Source of the DNA: Octopus sinensis
Lineage: Eukaryota
Direction of reading: 5' to 3'
Length of the DNA stretch: 64,000 nt
Assembly: GCF_006345805.1 (NCBI RefSeq)
Contig: NC_042998.1
Span: 170,438,001-170,502,000, forward strand
Under the pieces are notes generated by a model, which saw nothing but the letters and a program-made list of their open reading frames with translations, was not told where the DNA came from and ran no database searches. Shown here one piece after another: positions 35,201 to 48,889 of this stretch (its first letter is position 1; every line of letters begins with the position of its first letter). A program made the translations under genes and the position numbers.

Positions 35201-36079
35201 GGTGTTTTTTTTATATTCTCACTATATATATACACACACACACACACACAATATACATACATATATATATACAACAGGCCATTGTCAGTCTTTGTCTACC
35301 AAATACGTTCACAAAGCTTTGGTTGGCCCAGGCTATAGTAGACGAAACTTAGTCAAGGTGCCATCCAGTGGGAGTGAACCTGGAACCATGGGCTTAGGAA
35401 GCAAACTTCTTTCCACAAAGTGATACCTGTGCCTATATCTACCAACCATCAAATATGAAGAAATATGAAGAACTGCTAAACAAGCCATCTGTGATAAACT
35501 AACTATAAAAATTTACTCATGATATTTATATCATGAGCGATCCTATGTTATACTAATTCTTAAAAGGCCAGGCGAGGCTGGCAATGGCCACGATCGAATG
35601 GTGTTTGTTACATGACACCGGCACGGAGGCCAGGCGATGCGGCGCTGGCTACGGCCACGTTCGGATGGTTCTCTTACGTCCACCGGCACTGGTATCACAA
35701 CTACAAATTCCATTGATGTTGATCAATTTCGATAAGCTTGTGTAAAACCTATAATTTAGGTAATTTTTTACATAGATGTTTTTCTATAAATTTCATTTGC
35801 AAATATATGTTTTTGCAACACTTGTCTATATTCAGATTGTCCTTGCACAGGAGCCATCCGGACTCCCGTCTTCATTGTGCACAGAGATTAATCTTCTCTC
35901 TTCGCTCCTTTGTGCTATATGCAGTTATGTGATTTTGAATATTAGATTATGTATTTTGTAACAATTGAAATATAAAAATTGTAATAAATCTATTTTGAAA
36001 CAATTTTATTGCAATAATCTTTTTGAATACATTTTATTATATAATAAAACAAAGAAAGATATCTCTAAATATCTGGCTG

Positions 36080-36560
36080 TTTTCAGGATCCTTAATCTTT
36101 CATAACCACCTTTTCCAAATTGGTTTGTGTTTTCAAGTCCTTCTAGTCTTAAGTCTCTCAAGTCACTAACCACTAACATATGTTGAGTTGTAGATTATTC
36201 ATCCAGGAGGGACATTGCATTCACAAGCATCTTCTTCTCCGTTTCCAATGGGAATGTGGTCAATATGGTTTGTGTACCCCCAGATTGATTGATCAGATGG
36301 CTGATAGGTATTATGAAGTTAGTATTACAGACCAGCAAGTCATTTGCATCACAGAACTCCAACAGCCTTGTTCCCTCCTCATTTCAGGAACCAAAACCAT
36401 AATCTCAATACATGCCATGAAATCCATTGAAGTACTTCCCAACATGACCGTTGAAGTTATCAGCCATTACAATAGCATCATTGTCTTTCATCATCAAAGT
36501 AGCCTACAAAAGGATTCAGAGAAATGATCTTCTGGTTGTCCTTATTTGCTCAGATATGGA
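36080..36560 (-). mobile_element. RTE-type LINE AP-endonuclease remnant
   Basis: Minus strand IVMADNFNGHVGK..EEGTRLLEFCDANDLLVCNTNF. Confidence 0.65.
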
Positions 36561-36607
36561 AAGCTTGCTGCATTAAATTAGCATGGTTTATATGGTTTTA
36601 GATGCCA

Positions 36608-36667
<60 letters not shown>

Positions 36668-36670
36668 TCA

Positions 36671-37490
36671 GGATATAACCAAAATTACCAGCTAGGTATA
36701 TAATATACTTCATTAATTGTATCATACTTTAGTTAATACTTATATTTATTAAATATGAAGGAACTACATACGTGTGTTTCAGTATTGGAAGATTACAATA
36801 TATATACATATACACAACTGTATACCTATATATATATACATATATAAATACACATATGCAATCGTCAGATTTACAATTATTCCAACACATATTCAGGTTC
36901 TATTTCAAAATATTATATATCTAATTTTACATCCCTCAAATTTTTCCTCAAATCACCATTTTAGTACCAGCAAAAAAAAAGGGGAAGATATGTATTTGAA
37001 TTTTTCTTGTTATATATCACATTTAAACACAGACATTTTTATTCTGATGTTTAGTCTTCTATCTCACATTCTGTATTTGACATGCTTGATTTTACATGAT
37101 TGATATATATACTAATTCGTATTTATAATGTATAATTTATAAATTTTAATTCTTAATATTACAAAGTATAATTTTTATTCTTAATTTTTAATTCATAATT
37201 TTTAATCATTAATGCTTAATTGTATTGCTTAATTTTAAAAGGATGTAAAATTAGATATATAATAATTTGGAATAGAACCTGAAGATATGTTAGAATAATT
37301 GTAAATCTGATGATTGTATATATGTATTTATATATGTATATATATATAGGTATACAGTTGTGTATATGTATATATATTGTAATCTTCCAATACTGAAACA
37401 CATGTAGTTCCTTCATATTTAATATGTATAAGTATTAATGAAGTATATTATATACCCAGCTGGTAATTTTGGTTATATCCTTTAAGTATT
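36671..37490. repeat. AT-rich inverted repeat pair (~260-bp arms); third copy at 40605-41260 split by a SINE
   Basis: ggatataaccaaaattaccagct... present on both strands. Confidence 0.85.
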
Positions 37491-37604
37491 ATTTTGTGAT
37501 GTGCAAACTGATACCAAGAGTTTACTGTCAGATATACTTATTAGGTTATTTTTGTGTTATCTGAAATAGAATACCCGCATATCAATTAATCCCCAAAAAT
37601 TGAA

Positions 37605-39050
37605 TATATATATTGACCGTCACCAATGACAAATGGGTGTCTACTATGTTCACGATCTTCAAGGCTCAGGTCACCATTGCGAAATCGTTTAAACCATTTT
37701 TGAACTGACCACTCACTGGTCATTTCCACACCACATGTTTCATTGATATCGAGAGCAGTTTCAGCTGCTTTAATCTTTTATAGAAGTTGAATAGCAAAAT
37801 TGCTTGAATATTGCACTTTGTGAGTTCCATTTCAGATGATTGTAACAGCGGTGAAAAAAATATCAATGTTAATTTATTGATCCATTTAGGCAAGTCTATG
37901 TCTATATTATCAAACAATTGCAAGAATATGTTTAAAAAAAATTCAAAACTCTGTAAAAATCTGGTACAAATTCTTCACGGTTCAAAACATAGCTAAATTA
38001 TTACTCAACCTGGTTTTATATATATATATATATATATACGTGAAGAATTTGTAGCAGATTTTTACAGAGTTTTGAATTTTTTTAAATATATTTTTGCGAT
38101 TGTCTGATGATACAGACATAGATTTGCCTAAATGGATCAATAAATTAACATTGATATATACATCGGTGACAGTCAATTAAAAACTGTCATTGAGAAAGAT
38201 CCTTGTAAAACCACTCAAGAACTGGCAAAAAAACTTCAAGTTAGCCGGAAAAACTGCCTGCAACCATTTACATGTAATCGGAAAATCGAAAAAGCTTAAC
38301 AAATGGGTACCACACGATTTGAATGAAAATCAGAAAATGCACAGATATGAAATTTGTTCGTCGCTTCTTCTCCATAACCAGACCAATCTATTTTTCGACT
38401 GTATTGTAATTTGTAATGAAAAATGGATTCTGTACAATAATAAAAAAATGTTCTTCACAGTAGTTGGACCAAAATGAAACACTGAAAACCTTTCCTAAAT
38501 CTGAGTTCTTGATAAAGAAGGTTATGGTGACTGTTTCCTGGTGTACTGCTGGACTCATCCACTATAATTTCTTAAAACCCAGAAAAGTCGCTAGTGCAGA
38601 AATATATTGCCATGAAATTGCCAAAATGAATGAAAATCTGCTTCTCCTCCATCTCAGACTGGTCGACATTCTTTATGACAATGCTTGACCACACGCTCCA
38701 CTAATGATGCTCCAGAAGTTGAGGGAACTCAGCTATGGAGTTCTTCCCCATCCAGCTTCTTCTTCAGACCTTTCTCCTACCGACTACCACTTTTTCAAGC
38801 ACCGTGATGGTTTCCTGCGAAAGAAGGAGTTTGAAAATTAAATTGATGCTGAAAGTGTGATTCAAAGAGTTCATCAGCTCCAGAACTCCAGATTTTTATG
38901 TTAACGGAATAAACAAACTTGTACCTTGTTGGCAAATATGTGTTGATTGTAATGGTACTTGCTTTGATGAATAAAATTTCTGCATTGTTGCAATATATTG
39001 TGATGAATTTCGTGTTTCAAAACATTGCTTACTTTTCACTCAGCCTAATA
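37605..39050. mobile_element. Rearranged mariner: 5' TIR + N-terminus on minus, remainder + 3' TIR on plus
   Basis: Minus 37850-37605 encodes the N-terminal HTH; plus 38160-39048 has KWVPHDL, CNEKWILY, YDNA*PH, SPTDYHFF. 3' TIR ends CAGCCTAA followed by TA. Confidence 0.85.
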
Positions 39051-40788
39051 CACACACACTTTGCATGTTTCTATATATTTCATGATTTTGTACACTAAAG
39101 AAAGTTCTTTCCTTTACATACAAGATAAATGTTTTTATATTTATATACACATATGTACAGGTTTGTATTACTCCTCTCTTCCCTACTTGTGCTGTCTGTC
39201 ACTTGTTACTATCTCCTTCCTCAACCACTTCAATCTCTCTCATCTTTCTTTCCATGCACCCGTCCATCTCCACCCTATTATTTATCATCAACCACAACAC
39301 CACCTTTGTTTATCGCTCACTACATTCACCTTTACCACTATCTCTGACCATCTGTCACTCTTCTCTTATACTCTTATGAAAATATGTACATTCTCCTTCT
39401 CCCCTAATCCTCAATCCATATTTTATTTTATACTCACCTTTTTGTACCATGTGGCTATGCATTGTCAACCTCATCACCAACATCTTTATTTTCTTTCCAG
39501 TTACTTCACACACCCCTATACAATGCAGGGTAACCATTTATTATCTGCATAGTAAGCTATCTGTGCTTGTCCCTCTATCAATCTCTAGCTTTTCAACATC
39601 TAGCATAAAACCACTCCCACTACTCTCTCAAATATAATCCCTCTCAATCTCGGAGGTTTTTCCTCTTTTATGGATTTTGGTAGCTTCATTAGTTAGTGCC
39701 AGTTTCAAGAAAAAAAAGCATCCAGCATTTACTGCAAAGTGGTTGGCATTAGGAAGGGCATCCAGCCATAGAAAACATGCCAAAATTGATACTGGAACTT
39801 AGTGTAGGCTTGCAGCTCATCTGATCCTATCAAACCATCTGTCTCATGTCAGTTTGGAAAATGGGCATTAAATGATGATGATGATGATGATGTTAAATTT
39901 TAAGATGCGGGGGTTGTTTTCACACAAAAATGTTTTACTGAAAAACAAATACATTTTACAAAACAAGAAAATCATGTTTTAGTGATCAGTTTGTGCTTAT
40001 TTTCCTTTTAGCATTTAGTATAGCTTACTCTCAATGAAATTTTTGAAGCTTTCATTAAAAATACATATTTTACATGTGTGTGTGTGTGTCATTGTTTATC
40101 ATTTAAGTTTCGTACTGGCATGGGCATGTGTTTGATGGTTTGTTAGGATAGGGTTGAAGAGTAACAAATAATACACAAGTTGGAGGTAGGAGAGAGCAGT
40201 TGAGTGACAGTGCAAAAAGAGAGTGAATTGGTGAAGAGCAGAATAATAATGATGATGATTAAGCATTGGACCAAGCAGTGATGGCAAAGATCTCATAAAT
40301 ACTGCCTCAAAATGAGTGAAAATGTCAAATTCAGTAGTCATGATCAATCTGCCCAATTATTGATAGACCAGGCAAGGGCAACTTGTATTCAATTACAGAA
40401 TTTGAAGTAATTCTGAGAAGAATAGAAAATGAACAGGAAGGGTGTGAAGCAACAGTAAGAAATGAAGAAAAACACTATGTGCCTGAGAATGCTAGTGAAG
40501 TAAATAGTGAAGCAGATGAAACTGGATGAGTAACAAATGTTGGACAAGATTTGGAGATTCTAGAAATGCTGTATCAGTTTACACATCACGAAATAATACT
40601 TTAAGAATATAACCAAAATTACCAGCTGGGTATATAATATACTTCGTTAATTATATCATACTTTAGTTAATACTTATATTTATTAAATATGAAGGAACTA
40701 CATACGTGTGTTTCAGTATTGGAAGATTACAATATATATACATATACACAACTGTATACCTATGTATATACATATATAAATACATATG

Positions 40789-41186
40789 TGGTAAGTAGCT
40801 TGCTTACCAACCACATGGTTCCGGGTTCAGTCCCACTGCGTGGCACCTTGGGCAAGTGTCTTCTACTATAGCCTCGGGCCGACCAAAGCCTTGTGAGTGG
40901 ATTTGGTAGACGGAAACTGAAAGAAGCCTGTCGTATATATGTATATATATATATATGTGTGTGTGTTTGTGTGTCTGTGTTTGTCCTCCTCGCATTGCTT
41001 GACAACCGATGCTGGTGTGTTTATGTCCCCGTCAATTAGCGGTTCGGTTCGGCAAAAGAGACCGATAAAATAAGTACTGGGCTTACAATGAATAAGTCCC
41101 GGGGTCGAGTTGCTCGACTAAAGGCGGTGCTCCAGCCTGGCCGCAGTCAACTGACTGAAACAAGTAAAAAGAGTAAAAAAAAGAGT
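40789..41186 (+). mobile_element. tRNA-derived SINE (family A) with CORE-like block and internal microsatellite
   Basis: B-box-like GGTTCAGTCCC, GGCACCTTGGGCAAGT, tail GGCGGTGCTCCAGC..GACTGAAAC, flanking ATATG duplication. Minus-strand copies ~10610-11195, 35270-35430, 51430-51815, 61935-62300. Confidence 0.85.
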
Positions 41187-41299
41187 ATATGCAATCGTCA
41201 GATTTACAATTGTTCCAAAACATATTCAGGTTCTATTTCAAAATATTATATCTCTAATATATGTGTGAAAAATGAGAAAAATGATGGAATGCTAACTAG

Positions 41300-42800
41300 T
41301 ATATAGGCAGAAGAAAAGTAAGGAGAGCCACAGGCAAAGTAAATGGCATTTTGAGTTTGGTTGAAACAGAGAACATCAGTGAAACAAACCAGTTAATCAT
41401 AGCCACAGCTAATGTTGTAGCTGACATGATAGAATACAAATGGAAGACAGTTGAAAGAAAAGAAACTACCAAATTGGAGGCAAAAATCTGTACAATTAAA
41501 TAGGACAATGAAAGGCGAACTCAATAATGAAGCATTAATCAGAAAATTGATTGAACAGTGCTGGTTAAAGGACATAAAGTATTGTCACAAAATTCTTGGT
41601 GGTGCCATTAAAAGTCAAATTGAAAACTCATGATGCTAGATGTAAAGGTTTTAATCAGAATATATTGTTTCAATCTAATGGAAGATGGATTTTTGAGGAA
41701 ATAGGAGAACAACATCCAAAAGTGATTCCTGATGTAGAAGAAATTGCATGTTTGGGAACATACAGTTAGATATAACAGAAGTGTAGAGTGATTAACACAG
41801 GTGAAAAGACAACATGCTGGTGTGCCAAAATGAAAGGAAGGCAAAAATGATCTGTATTCAGTGAGACTAATGCTGAAAAAAACTCTAAATTGGAAAGGAC
41901 CTGGTCTGGATAGAGGACAAGGTTATTTGGCTGAAGAATTTTATACAGTTGCATGAAAGGATTGCAGCAGAGACACATTCCTACTTCGATGACAAGTGTT
42001 GTATATTAAGGCTTCTTTGAAAGGTAAATTGGTGTCAAATGTTCAACCTACAACTTGGAAGTTTATGACTGGTATCATGGCAGAAAAGTTCTATCATTAT
42101 TTGGAAAACAATATACTTTGAGTGGAAGAGACGGGGTGCAGGAATGAAATAAAGTTACTAATGATCACTTGTTTGCTGATAAAGGGATATTCAGAAATTG
42201 CAGATGGAGATTAATGGGATTGAATAATCCAGCATGATTGGATTATAAAAAGAATGTAACATGATGTCACACAGTTGGATAAGTAAAACAATAAGCATGT
42301 TTGGAGTGGCAGAAAACATGAAGAAACTGGGCAATTAAGGTATAAAACATTGGACCACTAACTTGATTGGAGGAAAACAAAAAGTTGCAAAGATGAACAT
42401 CAGACATGGTGTATTCCAGGCTGAGAGCTTATCTCCATTACTATTTGTATTAGCCATGATACTGCTCAGTCTGATGTTACAAAAAGATATGGCTTATGAT
42501 CTGGGAAAAGGGTTTCATCAGATAAATCATCTGTTTATGGATGATTTAAAGCTTTGTGTGAAAAATGAGAAACAGCTATAAAAGTCTTGTACATACTGTT
42601 CACATTTTCTCAAATAATGTAGAAATGGAATTCAGGCTTGAAAAATACACTATTTTGATAATGAAATCATTTAAGAAACAACAGTAACATAAATATTTGG
42701 GAATACTGGAAGCAGATAACATAAAATATGAAGAAATGAAATCAGAAAAATATTACAGTTAAAGGTTGAATTTAAGAAATGTTATTGAAGCAATAAATTC
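41300..42800 (+). mobile_element. R4/Dong-like (RLE-type) LINE RT remnant
   Basis: GVFQAESLSPLLFVLAM..INHLFMDDLKL; heavily frameshifted. Confidence 0.75.
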
Positions 42801-43980
42801 AGGAGCAGTGCCAACTGATCATCCTAGAATGTTAATTTTCATGAAGGGCAACATGAATCTCATCAACAAAACCAAGGTGAAGAAGAGGAAAAATTAAATT
42901 ATGTACATATCGTGTTTTTCATAGTTTTTTATTTTTATATTTTTAGTTTTTTTTATCCTCCTCTGGCCTTTAAAGACCTAAAAGAGGGCAAAAACTATGA
43001 AATCAGCCTTTTTTAGGCCCTTTGAAATTTAAAACTATAAAATCAGCATTTTTTAACTCTAAGCAAAAAAAAAGACTATAGTTTTGGGATTCTAAAGACC
43101 TCAAAAGAGCCAAAAAAGCTGATTTTATAGTTTTGGCACTTTTTGACAATTTAGTGTTTAAACCAACCAAAACCCTTTGAATCTAATTCCTCTATGAAAT
43201 CTTTTTAAGAGATAAGAAAATCACAATAGTGAATTCTTGTAGCTTTGAGATAATGTGAGGGCTTTTCTTCCAGAAAGCACAGAACTGAGAGAAAAACAAA
43301 ATTTACTAAGGTAGATGTCAACTGGCACAGAAAGTGTGCCTAAAGCAAGCTGGAGACAATGATCTCCTGGGACAAAAGCTACAGTAATAACCACCCTTAA
43401 TGGTTAGCCATATTGAGATGGCTATTATACTTTACGTTGTCAAGCAGTTACTGTTTACATCTCGTTCAGAGATTTATTATTGCTTGAGAAAATATTGTTT
43501 TCCGTAAAATGGAAAAAATAAATGGAAAGAAAGAAGTTGGTAAATATTTCAGTGTGAACACAAATAATTATTATGTGGTAGCAGGGCATGCTAGAAATAG
43601 CAGCCAAATCTTTCCTTTTCAAGAAAAACAAACCATTTATGCATGATTTCGATGTCAGATTCATTGAAAGCATACAAAATAACCTGGAAATGAAAAAAAA
43701 ACCTACACAACAAAACTCCCTTTCTTTTCTGGAAAAAAGTGGCTTGCAGTGGGTATGGAGGTCAGATACATTGAATGCATCTGAAAAAACTGGAGAAAAA
43801 TTATTCCACATCAAGGTACAAAATATTTACCGAAAGAATAAAATCTTGTACTGAGTATACCTGTATTTTAATTAATTCAAGCTAATGTACCTCATCTTGA
43901 AAAGTGGCAAAAGTTTTGTTGGTTGCCGTCTGGGATAATTTTAGTGGCAAATCAAACAGGTAAGATGCATTAAGAATTTT

Positions 43981-44724
43981 GGATCTTTACCTTTCGAGAT
44001 AGATTTAAACAATAATTTTTTGTAACTAAACATTTTCAAACTTTGTATACTTGTAGAATGTGTCGCATAAAAAATCTTTTACTCTTGGCATTGTTGAGAA
44101 AATTCTGTATTTTGGAAGTTATTTCTTGTTAAAGTTGTCGTATTTCGGTAATTTCAACCAATCAATGACGTGTATTCAGCTGAATAAAATTACTGCCATT
44201 GTTTGTCAACAACAACTATCGGCGGTGTATATTTCGTTTGTCACTGTTATTTATGACATCGTTCATGCATTTGTACTGGTTTTAGCTTTAAGGTTTTCGG
44301 GTTAGGGTTATGGTCAGGGTTAAGGTTTTAGGGTTAGAGTTACAGAAAAAAAGGGAAAATGAAACACAAACGATTATGGTGGTGCCATGAAGTAAACATG
44401 CTTCTGATACACTTGTTTATTCATACAAACGTAATTGAGATGAAATATGTCGTAAATAACAGTGACAAACGAAATATACTCTGCCGGAAGCTGTTGTTGA
44501 CAAACAACAGCAGTAATTTTATTCAGCTGAATATATGTCATTGATTGGTTGAAATTACTGAAATACAATTTAAACAAGAAATAACTTCCAAAATTAAGAA
44601 TTTTCTCAACAATGCCAAGAGTAAAAGACGTTTTATGTGACACATTCTACAAGTATACGAAGTTTGAAAGTGTTTAGTTACAAAAAATTATTGTTTAAAT
44701 CTGTCAGTCAAAAGGTAAAAATCC
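43981..44724. mobile_element. GGATC-family MITE, ~280-bp TIRs, TTAGGG-like core, 8-bp TSD
   Basis: Arms ~43981-44260 and ~44447-44724; flanks AGAATTTT / AGAATTTC. Confidence 0.9.
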
Positions 44725-45789
44725 AGAATTTCAATTTTAGTATTTAGCCATAATGTTAATGCTTTAACACCTGTTAATTGAATTTACTTGCCCATAAAAG
44801 TCAAATTTACACAGCAAGATCAGCTAAAGTTACATAACAGTAAATCAGTGGTATATAAAGCACCAACAGACGAAATTTCAAATCTGTATGTAAAAAAGTT
44901 ACAAAGTTACAAGCAAATATTGTGAACCTAAATAATTCAAAATAACGTGAGCAAATAGGTATTACATTTGACAGATTAATTAGCTTCCCAAAGTGGGCGA
45001 TGGGCTAATTTCTAGAAAATGGTAAGCAATATGAACATTCTGTGGATGACAATAAATTTTTAGAAGTTAAGTCTGCATTTACTTGTATCTACGCATGCCT
45101 AGAATAAGGATGCACTTACATTGATTTGACTACTCGCATGAGACGTCGGTTTGTATTAAAAAAGCAGACTTGTTTAACGAATATTTTTGTCACAGTCATT
45201 GAGATGGTTGTCATGTGTGCTAAAAATAGCAGCCAAATAGGCCTAAGCCTTAAATTACACTCTACCACAATTTTTTTTTTATTTTGGCATAATTACATGA
45301 AGTTCCATGTATAGAATTCAAATTCATAAAAATTTTCTGGAAACTCTGAAAAATAAAAAAGTTATGAGGGATTACAGGTCATGCATAATTCTGTGGTTTC
45401 ATATCAAAACACAAGTGCTATTTTCAGGATGTTGTCAAAATGTGCAGTCACACACTAAAGGACAGCTTTGAAATCGTGTTTCTTGACTGGAAGAAAATGA
45501 TCAAACTTTAAACCTCTATAACTTTTTAAAAACATTTTTCTGGAAAAAGTTGAATAACTCCAGCAAAAAGTTGAATAACTCCAGCAGTTTAGCTTGGAAA
45601 GCTATATTAATGTGCCTAATTTAAAAATTTTTGATAAACTCTAATTTTTGAAATGCTGGAAGTCAAACGAACTAGATCTGTATTTGCTCTAGTAGAGACG
45701 TATATTGGTTTCTTCTCATTGGGAATACCACACTACCTTTCTGACGCTGCCTGTAGAAATTCGTTTTCACATTTTTATTTTACTGATGC

Positions 45790-47170
45790 CTCCAGTCAAG
45801 AAAATTTGTCAACAGTACAATTGTGATTATTTATCGTTTGGATTTATTCGCTCTCCTCAGAACTGTCAGTTACCAATGTGCCTTATTTGCCATCAAACAT
45901 TGAACAATGAAACCTTCACGCTTGAAGTATCACTTTGGTGCAGAGCATTCTGACAAGATGGACAAGCCATCGTCATACTTTTTGCTACTGAGCTCCTCTT
46001 TCAAAAAGCAAATACAAACATTCAACACTCTACTCCAGGAAACTAGTAAACAGGAGAATGATAGGATGATTGCATCGAACAACATTGCATTGCTTGCTGC
46101 TAAGTCTGGGAAGTCTCACACAATTGGAGAAACATTACTTCACCCAGTTATTGAAGAGGTTTTGTCAACTGTTATGCACGAAAAACCCGATAACATTATG
46201 AAGATCCCATTTAGTAATAACACAATTTCTTGAAGCATGGATGAAATGGCCAACGAAGTCAAACATCAGCTCATTAATATTCTCCAGTGTTCTGAATTTT
46301 CTATACAAGTGGATGAGTCAACTGTTGTGGACAATTAATGCTTGATGATGGTATATATTCGTTATTTCAGCGAAGACCTTCAACCTTGTGAGAAAATGCT
46401 GTTCACAGAGAAATTGCTGCTTGATTCAAAAGGTGCAATTATTTTCACACTCTCAAGTCTTTTCTTTTTAAACATAATATCCCACTCAGCAATATTCTTG
46501 CCTGTGCATCTGATGGAGTCCCTTCAATGATAGGATTTTCATCTCTCCTAAAGCACAAAATTTCCCACCAGATACTAACTGTTCATTGCTTGGCACACCG
46601 GCAGCATTTAGTGGCAAAAAATATGAATAGTAGATTGAATGATGCACTACAGTTAGTTATCATGACTGTGAACAAATTGAAGTCCAGTCCCTTGTCTGAT
46701 TGAATTTTCCATCAACTCTGAGAAATGATGAGGACTATACTAAACTCTTATACCATACCAAAGTGTGGTGGCTGTCAAAAGGAAACTCTGTTTTATGCTT
46801 TGTTGAACTGTTTCATAAAATCATCTCTTTCTTTGAAGATACTCCACTATCCACTTCATTGATGGCTGCAAGGTGTGATATCTTTTTTCCTTTGTGATAT
46901 ATCCACAAAATTAAATGATTTGAATATTTCAAGGAAACAGAAAAATTCTCGTTGATTGTAAACCGTTTATCACTACCTTCATTTTGAAATTGGTGTTGTA
47001 TAAGACTAACATTTCAAAACGTCAATTCCATCAATTTCCACAACTTGATTCTTTGAAAGATGAATTGGTTGATGAAGATTTAACTACATATTGCAACTAT
47101 TTACAATCATTGTATGATAACATGGTGGAGCGATTTCAAGTTGTTATTGTGCTGAATATTCCAAATTGGT
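45790..47170 (+). mobile_element. hAT (Buster/Charlie type) transposase pseudogene
   Basis: YLSFGF, PMCLIC, MKPSRLK, SHTIGETL, SNNTIS, SIQVDES, HCLAHRQHL, WLSKG. Multiple stops and frameshifts. Confidence 0.85.
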
Positions 47171-48889
47171 AAGGGTTAGGGTTAATAATAATAGACAGAC
47201 CATCATGAGAACAAAGTGTGTGTGTGCATAGGCATGGCTGTATGCACGTGTGTTATGTCAAGAGCATTGAAAGAGTCTATAATATGACATTTGAAGAATG
47301 TTCAGACACAAGGATGATAATACCAGTTCATAGTCAAAGTACACGATAGTTGAAATGCTGTATCAAGAAGTTGTGGCTACGATGCTGCTGCTGGTCACTT
47401 GGTACAGGAAGTTCTCGCAGGTTGTATTTGCTGCTAACCATGGTCATGCAATTCACAAACAGTGTTGTGTTGGAACCTGTGTGAGTGTTGCTGGTTGCTG
47501 TGTACGTAGAGAGATGATGTTGACGTTAGGATGAATGGTGGCAACAGAGATGGAGGTCGCTGAATGCTGCTGGATGAAGTTGATCAGTCTCTATGTGGCT
47601 GCTGTGGTGTTGTCACTGGAACTGGCTGTGTCCTGTGTGGTCAGTGGCTAGACCTTAAAAGATTTTGAACCAAAAGACATCAACTCGATGTGAAGCTAGA
47701 GTTTTATAGGGAGCAGTCACCTCATCGGAGGTTTAGAAGAGACTGTCTCACATGACTTTATTTGAAGGCTGCGATTGGTTGGGTTGCATATTGGTGCACA
47801 ATAGAGCAAGAGACAAATTACACTAATACCAACTAATCAGAGTAGTGGACACATCAGGGTCCAAAAGGGCGGCCGAAAGCTAGCTGTTACCTACTATGTC
47901 CATATATTTATGTATATATAAAGAGAGAGAAGAATTTCCCTCATGCGTACGCTATACATCGATCTGTTCACCTGTCCACTTTGCTTTCCCCAATCGACCA
48001 TATGCCATAAATGGCCCTTCTATAAAAGCCTCCATCAGCCGGCTTTCTATTTTCTCTGGCTTAACTGGTCCTTCTCCTCTATTTCCAGGTAAGGTGCCAA
48101 CACCAATCCGAGGTCAGAGACCCCCTTCGGTTATGAATGACCATGAGATTGTACCTAGAAAGTTACCCTCTGAGGCATAAGTCCAGGCCAGGTTGTTTAT
48201 GGAAGACCAGCAGTCGCCCATACATACCAGCCTCCCCTCTCTATGCCACCGATGTTATCCAAGGGAAAGGCAAAGGCTGATACAACTTGGCACCAGTGAC
48301 GTCGCAACTCATTTCTACATTGAGGTACAGTGGTATGAAACTCACTAGGTCATCTATACCTTGGAGTTTTGCCACCAACTTAATTTTTTGCAGTCAAGCA
48401 GTGACATCTCTCTTGCTGCAAAATGGCCTGTCTCATTTGAAACATGGACCAAACCCATCATTTTTTTTTCCTTTTTGAACTGAAATAGCTTCTGTTGTGA
48501 AGGAGGAAAAAGACAGAAGCAAAGAAAGAATTGCAGTAGTCTTACCTGTCAGTCTGGAAAAGGGTCATTCTGAACATCCATGTGTTCTGTCTCGATCTAC
48601 AAGATTCACTCAACGTCCACATGTGCTGTCCCGCTGTACCGTCTAACACATCTGCTCTCATGCGCTGTTCACCGCCAACTGACTGCTCATGCCTCGCTGA
48701 CTTTGCATGCCCACCACAGCCCTTCCAGTGGGACCCACAGGCCCCACTTCCAACAGGACTTCTGGTCCTTCCCTACAACATAGCCTGGCTCATAATCATT
48801 ATCTATTTTTGCATCAGTAGTTCTGATTTGGGGAAAATAAAAATCAGTGTGAATTGATGCACAGACATGCACTGAGGCTGAGGCATCTG

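Noticed and set aside
40789-40860. tRNA genes at SINE heads (also 51842, 11270)
   Set aside because: A/B boxes without a full cloverleaf, and they continue into SINE bodies.
45790-47170. Domesticated ZBED/SCAND3-like host gene
   Set aside because: Many stops and frameshifts; it is a transposon fossil.
47260-48170. Possible LTR retrotransposon remnant (TGTTA..AACA, TGGTCCTTC)
   Set aside because: No second LTR, TSD or convincing coding motif; the primer-site-like match is only 9 nt.
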